Positions 10,773-20,505 of a stretch of DNA of 32,720 nucleotides are shown here, piece after piece. This DNA is from Octopus bimaculoides. Its lineage: Eukaryota. How positions within the stretch are numbered: position 1 is the stretch's first letter; each line of letters starts with the position of its first letter. The stretch spans positions 10,835,186 to 10,867,905 of the forward strand of contig NC_068987.1 in NCBI RefSeq assembly GCF_001194135.2, in the 5' to 3' direction. Below the pieces are notes generated by a model. It made no database searches. It was given only the letters and a program-made list of their open reading frames with translations, and was not told the DNA's origin. A program made the translations under genes and the position numbers.

Positions 10773-11156
10773 TTATATGATTGAACGCCCTGCATTCTCT
10801 TCCAAGTAAGTTTTATCTTTATAATTCTGATGTGCACTCTATACAATCTTTTTACTCTTTCGTGTTTCTCTCTTTCTCTTCTTATTCTTTTGCCTCCTCT
10901 TCTCCCACTATTCTGTCCTATTACTCTGTCCTATTACTCTGTCACTCACTCTCTCTCTCTCTCTCTCTTGCTCCTCCCCCTTGCTCACGTGGCTCCTACA
11001 CGACCATCGGCCATCTTTCTTTCTTCTCCTAACGGTAGGGGAGCAGGGGCCGAAACCGGATGTGGTTCCTCCTGATGATGTCCTTAGCCACTGGACCCTA
11101 TAAAAGAGCTGTAGACATAGCAATCCATGAAACGTGGTTGGAATTCTTCATTGTAA

Positions 11157-11305
11157 GGCGGCAAGCTGGTAGAATTGTTAGCACACTGGGCAGAATGCTT
11201 AATGGCATTTCGTCAGTCTTTACGTTCTGAGTTCAGTTTCCGCTAAGGCTGACTTTGCCTTTCATCCTTTCGGGGTTGATAAAATGAGTACCATTTGAGC
11301 ACCAG
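11157..11305 (+). mobile_element. SINE family B, 3'-truncated
   Basis: ggcggcaagctggtagaattgttagcac ... gactttgcctttcatcctttcggggttgataaaatgagtacca. Confidence 0.9.
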
Positions 11306-11314
11306 AACCATGAA

Positions 11315-11675
11315 ATAGAAGAGTACCATGGCCTTTTTTCTTTAGACGCCTCTATATTTTAGCCCCACCAAAGTGATCGCTTAATTTGCTTGGTGTGCAG
11401 CACTAGACCTACCCCAAATGATAAGTAAATCTCAGGTTAATTGAAATAGGGAGATCCTATCTCTAGTGATGGTCGATTGCACATACCTATGTTGACGAGC
11501 TAGTGAGTCAGAATATGTCTATTATTTATTGTATGCAATGAATTATCGAGGACGGAAATGGCCATTGGTCAGCGAGTAATGCGATCAATAGCCACCAATA
11601 TGCATGAATAACAAATTCAAAGCAAATAGCGAGCCAGCAATAAGGACATATACACGTCTAAATCTGTCATCATGA
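11315..11675. repeat. Copy 2 of the ~350-bp non-coding direct duplication
   Basis: See 8368-8714. Confidence 0.92.
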
Positions 11676-12306
11676 TTGGTAAATACACCTAGAGTTATAT
11701 ACGTGGAGTTGTATACTTATGCATTTTAACACGCTAACATTATGTTTAGTATCGGCTGCCTTTCGTTGATGATCAAATAAAATTGGTTTCTGTCAAGTTG
11801 AGAATCCAAATTTCCAAGAGTGTGATAGTTCACTGAAGATGTTAGAAAATGTACTTGTCTCTAAAAGGGAGGTATTTAAAGACGAAATTTTCACGTGGAA
11901 TTATCCCTGAATGTTTCCCGTCTATTACTGATTATGCTGACCTCTATTATGTTATGGTTATGTCAGCATAAGTAGACATTGATTTTAGTAATAGTTTAAG
12001 ACGCTGTTCTAAAGTAAATGCCGTCTGAGAAACAGTGTGCCAGCCACAACGTCGTCAGTCTCACTCTTCATGTACATGTATTGGAGACAAAATCAAGATG
12101 GCAGGTTTTTATAGGTGAATGTTGGTTAGCTCTATAGGGAATAATATATTAAAATATCAGTCAGTCAGGAGTAAATAGTAAATATTGTTCATTTTCTGCT
12201 TCACATTACCATTTAAAAAAAATAAAACTATAATAGGCTTATATTTCCTATACAGGAATAAAACCCACAACATCTCGAATTGTCTTATTCTCAGCTAAAT
12301 TACCTA

Positions 12307-12370
12307 AAAGCACCTACTACACTCTCAGAGTGGTTGGCGTTAGAAAGGGCATCCAGCTGTAAGAACTCTG
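12307..12370 (+). mobile_element. Family R retroposon internal fragment
   Basis: gagtggttggcgttagaaagggcatccagctg matches 447-475. Confidence 0.6.
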
Positions 12371-12523
12371 TAGGATATGGGTAGTTCCCATGAGCACTAT
12401 GTTTTGAATTTCTGCCATTTGGGGGTTTCCTGGTATCTGAGCTAGGCAGCAATCAGCCCCTTTTGCTATCATTCCTAGGGCACCTATGACAACAAGTAGT
12501 GTTTTAGTTTTCAGGTTCCACAT
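12363..12523 (-). mobile_element. C-terminal fragment of an RLE-type non-LTR retrotransposon ORF (R4/Dong-like)
   Basis: Translation MWNLKTKTLLVVIGALGMIAKGADCCLAQIPGNPQMAEIQNIVLMGTTHILQ fits the recalled R4/Dong C-terminal motif MW.(L/M)KT..(I/V)PVVIGALG...KG......IPG....EIQK..L(L/M)GTAHILR. Confidence 0.8.
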
Positions 12524-12733
12524 GTTTGTGTGTCTGTATTTGTCCCCATCATCGCTTGACAACCGATGCTGGTGTGTTTACGTCCCCGTCACTTAGCGGT
12601 TCGGCAAGAGAGATCGATAGAATAAGTACTAGGCTTCCAAAGAATAAGTCCTGGGGTCGGTTGGATTCGACTAAAGGCGGTGCTCCAGCATGGTCGCAGT
12701 CAAATGACTGAAACAAGTAAAAGAGTAAAAGAG
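12524..12733 (+). mobile_element. SINE family A 3' module
   Basis: Near-identical to 24830-25030. Confidence 0.92.
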
Positions 12734-12944
12734 CATAATTCCTTCCACTCAGCTCACTGATGTTAATGAGGTTGTCTACAATTGTAAAAAGGTCAGCATT
12801 TTCTTAGAGACGATTTCGAAAAGAAACCTTCCATTTCAAAGAAAAACATTCTTTCAATATCATTTAGTCGAGTATTACTGAACATTATTTTACTTTCATT
12901 TTATTATGCCGATCTCTACCGACCTCAGTAATTTCGCTTTCTGA

Positions 12945-13245
12945 ATCATAAAACGAAACATACATCACCCAACAGGCAATAACATTTTATCTTTTTGTAT
13001 TATCTCTACATTTGATACCAAGCCTTTTGCATGTTAAACTTCTTCACTTTTTAGATCATGAAACGAAACATTGCCCAGCAGGGGATAACGTTATATATTT
13101 TTGTATTATGCTCACATATGAAACCCAGCCTTTTTTTGCGTTTTAAAATTTTCCTTCATTTTCTAGATCATAAAACGAAACATTACCCAACAGGCGATAA
13201 CATTTTATATTTTTGTATTATGTCTACATTATGACATCCAACCAG
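12945..13245. repeat. Minisatellite, ~110-bp unit, ~2.7 copies
   Basis: atcat(a/g)aaacgaaacat ... ccca(a/g)cagg ... tttttgtattat recurs at 12945, 13055 and 13167. Confidence 0.9.
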
Positions 13246-13867
13246 TTTTCTATTAAACCTTTCCAAATCAACATTTAAACAACGCAGATTATGTCACTGT
13301 ACTTTCCTCTTTTGAAGTAATATTTTTCATTCCACGAATCCTTCTCATTGCATCGTATATGCTTTTTCAGTTCAAGTGCCTTCTTTATCCAGTGGAAATG
13401 TTTTTTCATGTCCACCAACAATCTCAAAGACAATCCATAAGGGTTGTTGGAGTTGAAATAAATAAATAATGAAATAATTTTTAAAATAATAAGATCAAGA
13501 GTTATAAAATAGGGAAATAATATTAACGAACCATATTTCCCTAATGTTTGATATTGGTTCGCAAATACTTGAAGAAGAGTCGTCGCTCAGTCGATTAAGA
13601 ATAGCAACTGAATTTCTCTTAAAAATCAAGTCACTTTTTTTTCCCTTCTTAAGTATTTATATCAAAAACGGAAACTAATACATTAGAGGCATAATGACTA
13701 TGTTGGACTGTAACACTTTGCTTCCAGGTTTTCAGTGGTAAAAATAAAGTGGAGAACAACATCCTACATGTCAGCATTGAGCTCCTCAAGAGGCACTCGC
13801 TTCCTGATGATCTTCCATACAATCCCAAAACAGCAGGACTAACACACCACAAAAAAAGACATGGATG

Positions 13868-13996
13868 TGAAAAGAGACTGATAGAATAAGTACTAGGCTT
13901 ACAAAGAGTAAGTCCTGGGGTCGATTTTCTCGACTAAAGGCGGTGCTCCAGCATGGCCGCAGTCAAATGACTGAAACAAGTAAAAGAGTAAAGAGT
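13868..13996 (+). mobile_element. SINE family A 3' module (short)
   Basis: gatagaataagtactaggcttac ... gtcaaatgactgaaacaagtaaaagag. Confidence 0.92.
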
Positions 13997-14009
13997 ATAT
14001 AACATGCTT

Positions 14010-14395
14010 CTCACAGTTTCGTTTTACCAGATTCACGCACAAGGCATTGGTGAACCTGACGCTATTGTTGAAGACACTTAGGGCGGCGAGCTGGCAGAAT
14101 CGTTAGCACCCCAGGCGAAATGCTCAGCAGTATTTCGTCTGCTGTTATGTTCTGAGTTCAAATTCAGCCAAAGTCAACTTTGCCTTTCGTCTTTTCGGGT
14201 CGATCAAATAAGTACCAGTTATGCACTGGGATCAATGTAATTGACTTAATCCCTTTGTCTGTTCTTGTTTGTCCCCTCTGTGGGCAATAAAGAAATATAT
14301 CGTTGAAGACACTTGCTTGTGTTGCTATGCAGTAGGACTTGAACCGGAAATTACGTGGTCGCAAAGTGAGCTTCTGAGCCATACAGCCATACCCA
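14010..14395 (-). mobile_element. SINE family A head/body, interrupted by a family B SINE
   Basis: The A-family sequence cacaaggcattgg ... gaagacactt resumes after the B copy with gaagacacttg ... ggacttgaaccgga ... ccatacagcc. Confidence 0.8.
14081..14301 (+). mobile_element. SINE family B, full length, with 13-bp TSD
   Basis: Intact head-to-tail copy; gttgaagacactt is duplicated at 14067-14079 and 14302-14314. Confidence 0.93.
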
Positions 14396-14829
14396 CACAA
14401 TTTTATTTCATGGAACTGCAACACTAGGTGAAAACCACTTTTACTAAGGTGTAAAAAAAAAAAAATTAAAGAAGGTTACTTCTGCTCCTTGTTCGCTGAA
14501 ATAGGAATAAAACATTTATATTTATGGAAAAAAAAAAAGATTTAATCTTATAAAATAGTTAAATAATACTATCAAAATATATTTTCACTGTTTGATATTT
14601 TTAAAAGCCAAACTAGTTGGATAAAATGTATTATGGGTAAAAAAGATTATGTCAAGATGAAATTTAGATTAAATTTTGAGAATAGCGTTTTGTACAGTAC
14701 AGTAGTTATAGCTGTACCCCAAAAAGATGATCATTGCTTACGAAAGAAGATACATGCAGAACCAAATATGGTGGCCTTTTTTTTAAAAAATGGTTTTCAA
14801 GTGGTATTTGCTTTATTAGCAATTCTGTG

Positions 14830-15035
14830 TGTGTGTGTGTTTGTCCCCCCAACATCGCTTGACAACCGATGCTGGTGTGTTCACGTCCCCGTCACTTAGC
14901 GGTTTGGCAAAAGAGACTGATAGAATAAGTACTAGGCTTACAAAGAATAAGTCATGGGGTTGATTTGCTCGACTAAAGGCAGTGCTCCAGTATGGCCACA
15001 GTCAAATGACTGAAACAAGTAAAAGAAAAAAAGAG
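14830..15035 (+). mobile_element. SINE family A 3' module
   Basis: Near-identical to 12524-12733. Confidence 0.92.
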
Positions 15036-15143
15036 TAATCATCGATATCTGTTTATTTTTGCCAACTTATTGATTGATTCTAATGGTATACTATTTGTGT
15101 ATATAAAGAGGTATAGTGGTTCATCTTTTATCTTTATCCAGCG

Positions 15144-15522
15144 CTTGTTTCAGTCATTGGACTGCGGCCATGCTGGGGCACTGCCTAAAGGCTTTTAGTT
15201 GAACAGATCTACTCCAGTAGTTATTATGTTGGTATCTTTTGCTGAACCACTAAGTTATCATTCAAACCAACGTAAATAAGCCAATACCGGTTGTCAAGTG
15301 AGTGTGGAGAGACAAACAGACACAAAGATGCACACACACACACGCACACATATGTACAATAGACTTCCATACAATATCTGTCAACCAAAATCACTCCCAA
15401 GGCATTGGTCGGTTTGATGTTATAGAAGACATTTGCACCAGGTGCTTCGCAGTGGAATTGAACCTTGAACTACACTGTTACAAAGTGAGCTACTTGATCA
15501 CAAAATGCAGTCACTCCTGTGT
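15144..15522 (-). mobile_element. SINE family A, degenerate full length
   Basis: cttgtttcagtcattggactgcggccatgctgg ... gaagacatttg ... gcagtggaattgaacc, collinear with 29826-30190. Confidence 0.75.
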
Positions 15523-15720
15523 CTACAACATAATCTTTTTTTTTTTCTCCCTCTTTACATCTGGAATTCTTTGAGTTCATCTCTTTCTCTAACAGCATCT
15601 CTAAATATAAATTCTGACCAGAAGTGGCGCCAGGCATGTCCAAGAATGTCTTTAATTATTCATTCCATGCATTCACATAATGCATTCTTCACAGTAATCT
15701 CCTTTGGAAGTCTTCTGCAC

Positions 15721-15896
15721 AGACCTATTGCCAGACTTTGGTGCCAGGAGGTGCTTGAGAACTTTCTAGGTTGGCAACGGTTTGTAATAATACCAAAGCG
15801 AGTTCTGAATTAAGTATATCACTGTAAACTTGAGGGTACACCATTGAATTGTGAGGGGGTAGTGCTGTCCAGTGTACCCCTTTAGTAACAGGCATG
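15721..15896. mobile_element. Unclassified 176-bp insertion in the transposase relic with a 9-bp flanking direct repeat
   Basis: cttctgcac (15712-15720) and cttccgcac (15897-15905). Removing the insert and one repeat gives in-frame M-G-A-E-D-F-Q. Confidence 0.6.
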
Positions 15897-15959
15897 CTTC
15901 CGCACCCATACATCTGTTCCTTACTGACAGCACACCATTCAGGAAATTGTCTTTATACA

Positions 15960-16535
15960 TAACTAGCAAATGCACTTGTCCTTTGGACGGTTTGACATAT
16001 AAATAAATAATAAATAAAAAAAAATGTGAAAACAACTAAAAATATTCTGTAATGCAAATATACGACCATAGATTAAAAAAGTACAGAAAACAGTCGAAAT
16101 AAAAAAAATAGATACTTTTATAATATTCTCTAACCAAAACCCTCAAACAATATGCACCAATACACATATAAAAAATATAGAAAGTAATAATACGCAATTA
16201 CAACATATAAATAAATAATAAATCAAAAAAATATGAAAACCACTAAAGAATATTCTTTCATGCCAATATACGACCATATAGATTAAAAAATATGGAAGAC
16301 CCTACATACAAAAAATCTACGTGCATAGAATGAATTAGAGAAAAATCCGTGTAGACCACCGTTTTTCCCAGTTTGTCCATTTACACGGGAGCTTCGGGCA
16401 AAATGTTATAGTGCATGACCATCATTGGCACATAAGTAATGTGTGTGTAAAGTTTGGTGAAAATCGGTTGAGAATTGTGGAAATGTATGCGTTAGTCAAA
16501 ATACGCACATATACTGTGCATTATATATACTAGAT
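15960..16535 (+). mobile_element. Non-autonomous Helitron/Helentron-like element, apparently complete
   Basis: 5' taactagca followed by the subterminal hairpin gtcc-ttt-ggac (15978-15988). The 3' part has aagtttggtgaaaatcggttgag ... ttatatatactagat. It sits between A15959 and T16536 with no TSD. Internal ~60-bp AT-rich duplication at ~16028 and ~16235. Confidence 0.75.
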
Positions 16536-16802
16536 TAGTCTTCCATTATCTGAAGTTACCTTGGTTACAAAACTAAATCAATGGGGCCAGAGTTAGGAAA
16601 AAAGTTCATAATATAAATATTATTTCGATCAGAAGTTCATTCTGAAGATAAGCATAACAATTGTCTAGAAATAACTAAATCTTATATTTGGCATCTAGTC
16701 CTGGTTTTCTGCAGTAGACACAAGAGTTGTTGATGCAAAACTTTTGTAAAACTAATAAGAAAAATATATCGCTGGTGATCCCTTTTTTGTTAGTGTAATA
16801 AT

Positions 16803-16994
16803 CCTTTATATTATAGGCACAAGGCCTGAAATTTGGGGAGAGGCGTTAAGTCGATTACATCGACCCCATCACTCAACTGGTACTTAATTTATTGACCCCG
16901 AAAGGATGAAAGGCAAAGTCGACCTCGGCGGAATTTGAACTCAGAATGCTAAGCATTTCGTCCGGCGTGCTAACGTTTCTGCCAGCTCGCTGCC
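16803..16994 (-). mobile_element. SINE family B with ~20-bp TSD
   Basis: cttttttgttagtgtaataat (16782-16802) and cttttttgttagcgtagtaat (16994-17014), 2 mismatches. Confidence 0.92.
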
Positions 16995-17026
16995 TTTTTT
17001 GTTAGCGTAGTAATACAATGTGTTAA

Positions 17027-17320
17027 GGCATGTGGCTTAGTGGTTGGGGCATTTTGTTCACGGTTGTAAGATCATGAGTTCGATTCCTGGCGGCACATTG
17101 AGTCTTTGAGCAAGACACTTTATTTCACGTTGCTCCACCCAACTCAGCTGACAAAAATGACTTGTACCTGTAATTCAAAAGAGCCAACCGTGTCATATTC
17201 TGTGGCCCTCTGAATCCCCTTAAGAACTACGTTAAAGGGTAAGCATGTCTATGGAGTGCTCAGCCACTTTCACGTGCAGGCTGTTCTATTGACCGGATCG
17301 ACTGGAACAACGGAGTTGAT
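17027..17320 (+). mobile_element. SINE family C, near full length
   Basis: A box tggcttagtgg and B box gagttcgattcc, then ttgagcaagacactttatttcacgttgctcc body. The transposase frame resumes on both sides. Confidence 0.8.
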
Positions 17321-18113
17321 TGCAACGATGATATGGTAATAATGCAACATTGACATATCCACACCTTTAAAACAAAGGGTGCACATGCATTTGCTTACTG
17401 CTGCAAGCTACATATTGAGGGACGCATTACAGCATTAGCATATCTCAGCAGAGTTAATCTGATCTTGGAATCTTTAACTCTCAAAGTTAAACTCTCATCA
17501 GCTGTAGCGAATGTTTTCCTGAAGCAATAACGTCGGAACAACAGTGTCTCATCAGTTTTAAACACCTATTCTACAGATAAATCTATGTAAGTGATAATCT
17601 TGGTAAACTCTTCTATAAATTTCTCACCTTATCATCCAGAAATCTCCAGATACTTAATCCCATGCCTTTTCTTAACAATTTTATAACCAGCGTTGTGAAT
17701 ATTCCCAATTACCGCATTCCGTTTGTCATGAGAGATTTCCACTTGTTCCATGATCATAAAATCCTTTTACTCTTACTTGCACTGATTAAATTTTTGCTGC
17801 TGATGTTATAGGCTAGCCATAAGCAAATCAGTCCTCACAGCCTCTGTTGGCCAGTATAAGTAAAATGTGTCTACTACGTCAAATGAAATAGGAAGAATTT
17901 CAGAAAGTACCCTGTTTTCTGATTGGCTAAAAGTGATCAAACTTTAAACCTCTGTAACATGTTTCTAAACTTTTTCTGGAACAAATGAATGACAAAATTA
18001 GATTTAGCTTGAAAAATTCTATCGATATACCAAATTTGAAAATTTTCACTTGATTCTGAAATTTCAAAAACTGTGACAGCAACAGAAAAGATCTTAAAGT
18101 TCTTTTTATATAG

Positions 18114-18495
18114 CCGTAGACGTGGCTGTGTGGTTAAGAAGTTCGCATTGCAACCATATGGTTTCAGGTTCAGTCTCACTACGAGGTACCTTGGGCAAAT
18201 GTCTTCTACTATAGCCTCAAGCAGACCAATATCTTGTGTGTGAATTTGATAGATGGAAACTGTGTGGGAACCTGTCGTATGTTTGTGTCCCCTAACACTT
18301 GACAGCCAATGTTGCTTTGTTTAAATTTTCTCATCTTAGTGATTCGGCAAAAGAGACTGACAGAATAAATACTAGACTTAAAAAATAAATCCTAGCATTG
18401 GTTTATTTCACGAAACCCATCAAAGCAGTGCTTGGGCATGGCAGCAGTCCAATGACTCTTAACAAACAAAATAATAAATTAAAATAAAGAAAAAG
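18114..18495 (+). mobile_element. SINE family A, degenerate full length
   Basis: Collinear with 24651-25030. Confidence 0.85.
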
Positions 18496-18654
18496 AAAAT
18501 ATTGATTTCTAATATTAGCATAAAATCACGCATTTTGGAGAAAAGCAGCAGACAATACGATCGAACTTCAATACAGAACAAGTATTTATTTTTATCGAAT
18601 CCAGTTGAATGAAAAGCAAGTTGAGTGACATTTTAACAAGATTTCAAGAAATAG

Positions 18655-19045
18655 GGCGCAGGTATGGCTGGCTGTGTCCTTAAAACGCTTACTTTCCAAC
18701 TTCGTGGTTTCGGGTTCAATTCCACTTGAGCAAGTGCACTTTATTACTACCTTGACTAACCAATGCTTTAAGAATGAATTTCGTAGACGAAAGTATGTGG
18801 CAGCACATCGTGTGTGTGTGTGTGTGTGTATTTGTATGTGTGTGCGTGCGTGTGTGTCTAGCTGTTTCACCATCACCGCTTGACAAACGGCGTTGACTAG
18901 TTTACGTCCCATGCAATCTAGCAGTTCGACTAAAGAATATCAATAAAATAAGTACGAGAGTCGATTTGTTTGACTAAAACCCTTTAAAGTGGTGCTCCAG
19001 CATGACTGCAGTCCAGTGACTAAAGCAAGTAAAAAAAAAGAAAAG
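18655..19045 (+). mobile_element. SINE family A, degenerate full length with internal (TG)n
   Basis: Collinear with 24651-25030. Confidence 0.8.
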
Positions 19046-19399
19046 AACAGAAGTAGAAATAAAAACATCTGATAATTTCTTATTATTAATTTCCGATGTG
19101 GTACATGAACAGAAATATTTTCAGACAGAAATTAATTACGATGGGAACATTTAAAACAATGACACTATCTGGAAAACACTTAATTTGAACTTATTTCTAT
19201 GTTGTTTCTGTATTTAACTATTTCGTAGCTTTAATAAGTTTGGTTTAGTAAACATTAACACTGTTTAGGACTCTCCTTGATCGTCCGTTTTCATTTGGGT
19301 CAATTACACATTTAATACCCGACAGGTACGTAAGAGTCCCATTACATAGTACAAAATTAGCATCTATAGAAGAAAATGACCAGAGGTGACTCTACATCA

Positions 19400-19535
19400 T
19401 AGTTTGCCGCCAAAGTAAACGAAAGTAGCGTCTGCTGCGGCGTAGCCAATCAGCGACGACTACGTCATTAACTACTGTCCAATTCAATATGGAGGTCAGT
19501 CTGTGGCCACCGGCGGGATGAGGATGACATCAGTG
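19400..19535. promoter_or_regulatory. Putative Pol II promoter/enhancer motif cluster (E2F-like, CCAAT, CRE-like)
   Basis: TTTGCCGC at 19403-19410, AGCCAATCAG at 19444-19453, ACGTCA at 19462-19467 and TGACATCA at 19525-19532, in a locally CpG-rich unique stretch. Confidence 0.35.
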
Positions 19536-20369
19536 TTGCTACTGACAGCCAGACGACTTCTTCAACGAAACTAAATGTCTATGGATAAATCTATAACATA
19601 GAAAGACTAAAACATTGGAATGACATAAGCGAGTTATTTTCATAACTTTCAACAATAATCCCAGAAAAAGAACACATATATATACATATATACACATATA
19701 TATACATACATATATATATATATACGTATATCTTAAAACATGAATAGCCGTCTGAAGGTAGGCTTAACTATTTATGTGTATAAATCTATCGTATATGCAC
19801 ATGTTTTAACAATGCTGTAAAATATAATGCTATATAATTTCAGCGGAAAATATCTCGTATCATCTATATATATATATATATACAAACGCCTATATCTGTA
19901 TACAAACTTGACTTCGTATTGTGTTGGTTCTCCTTTAATAAATAAACTAGCACCAGCTTCCGATGAGCTATAAATTGCTGTGAAGCCCCCTCCACCCTAC
20001 TCCTTTCCGAAACCTATTCCCATGTCATTGTGTCCTGATCACCGAATTCAAAAGGGTTTGGTTATTCGCTAATGCACGAAAGATATTCTGACTAATGTTT
20101 ACACGATCAGTGCATATGTCTGTATTATACATACACATACATACTGTGTGTGCTTTAGTCTGTCTCAGTATGTCTGTACATTAAACACGAAAAAATAGTC
20201 TCACGTACAAATTACATTCACACAGTGCATGTTCGTACGAGAGGGAATTTTTTTTTCGTCCTCCAATACATAGTATGATGTCTAATAGCTTTCTCTGCTT
20301 TTACTTTTACTTTCATTTACGCCACTGTTTACATATGCGTATATTATCGTCGGGTCAAACTTGCTCGGA

Positions 20370-20465
20370 TTATATCCGTCTGTCAGTCTCTCTGACTATC
20401 TATGTCTGACTGTCTCTCTATCTATTTATCTGTCTGTATTTATCTCTCTCTATCCATCTGTTTGT

Positions 20466-20503
<38 letters not shown>

Positions 20504-20505
20504 GC
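20370..20505. repeat. (TCTG)n/(TATC)n microsatellite
   Basis: Seen directly. Confidence 0.9.

Larger units (their letters stand above)
15520..17765 (-). pseudogene. Decayed pogo/Tigger-family (jerky/TIGD-like) DDD transposase, interrupted by four insertions
   Basis: Collinear translated pieces: IMEQVEISHD / GNWEYSQRWL / KKRHGIKYLEISG (CENP-B-type HTH end); EKFIEEFTKII ... VFKTDETLLFRRYCFRKTFATADE ... KDSKIRLTLLRYANA (first D, DET at 17545-17553); YYANKK / ITSDIF ... YCRKPGLDAKYKI*LFLDNC (second D, LDN at 16660-16668); FCNQG (third D position, 16558-16566); YKDNFLNGVL ... AEDFQ / KEITVKNAL / NAWNE / ILGHAWRHFW. Multiple stops and frameshifts; TIRs not found. Confidence 0.88.

Noticed and set aside
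11040-11100. GAAAC ... GGTT ... CTGATGA as a type II hammerhead
   Set aside because: Only 4 nt lie between the triplet and the core, and stem II does not pair.
13510-13543. Perfect 10-bp inverted repeat tagggaaata / tatttcccta (also a 9-bp one at ~11933-11970)
   Set aside because: Isolated short inverted repeats are expected by chance in 32 kb of AT-rich DNA.
13725-13880. Open frame VFSGKNKVENNILHVSIELLKRHSLPDDLPYNPK ... after an acceptor-like ttgcttccag
   Set aside because: No donor (it runs into a SINE) and no recognisable homology.
14633-14899. 88-aa ORF MGKKDYVK ...
   Set aside because: No homology recognised, and it ends inside a SINE.
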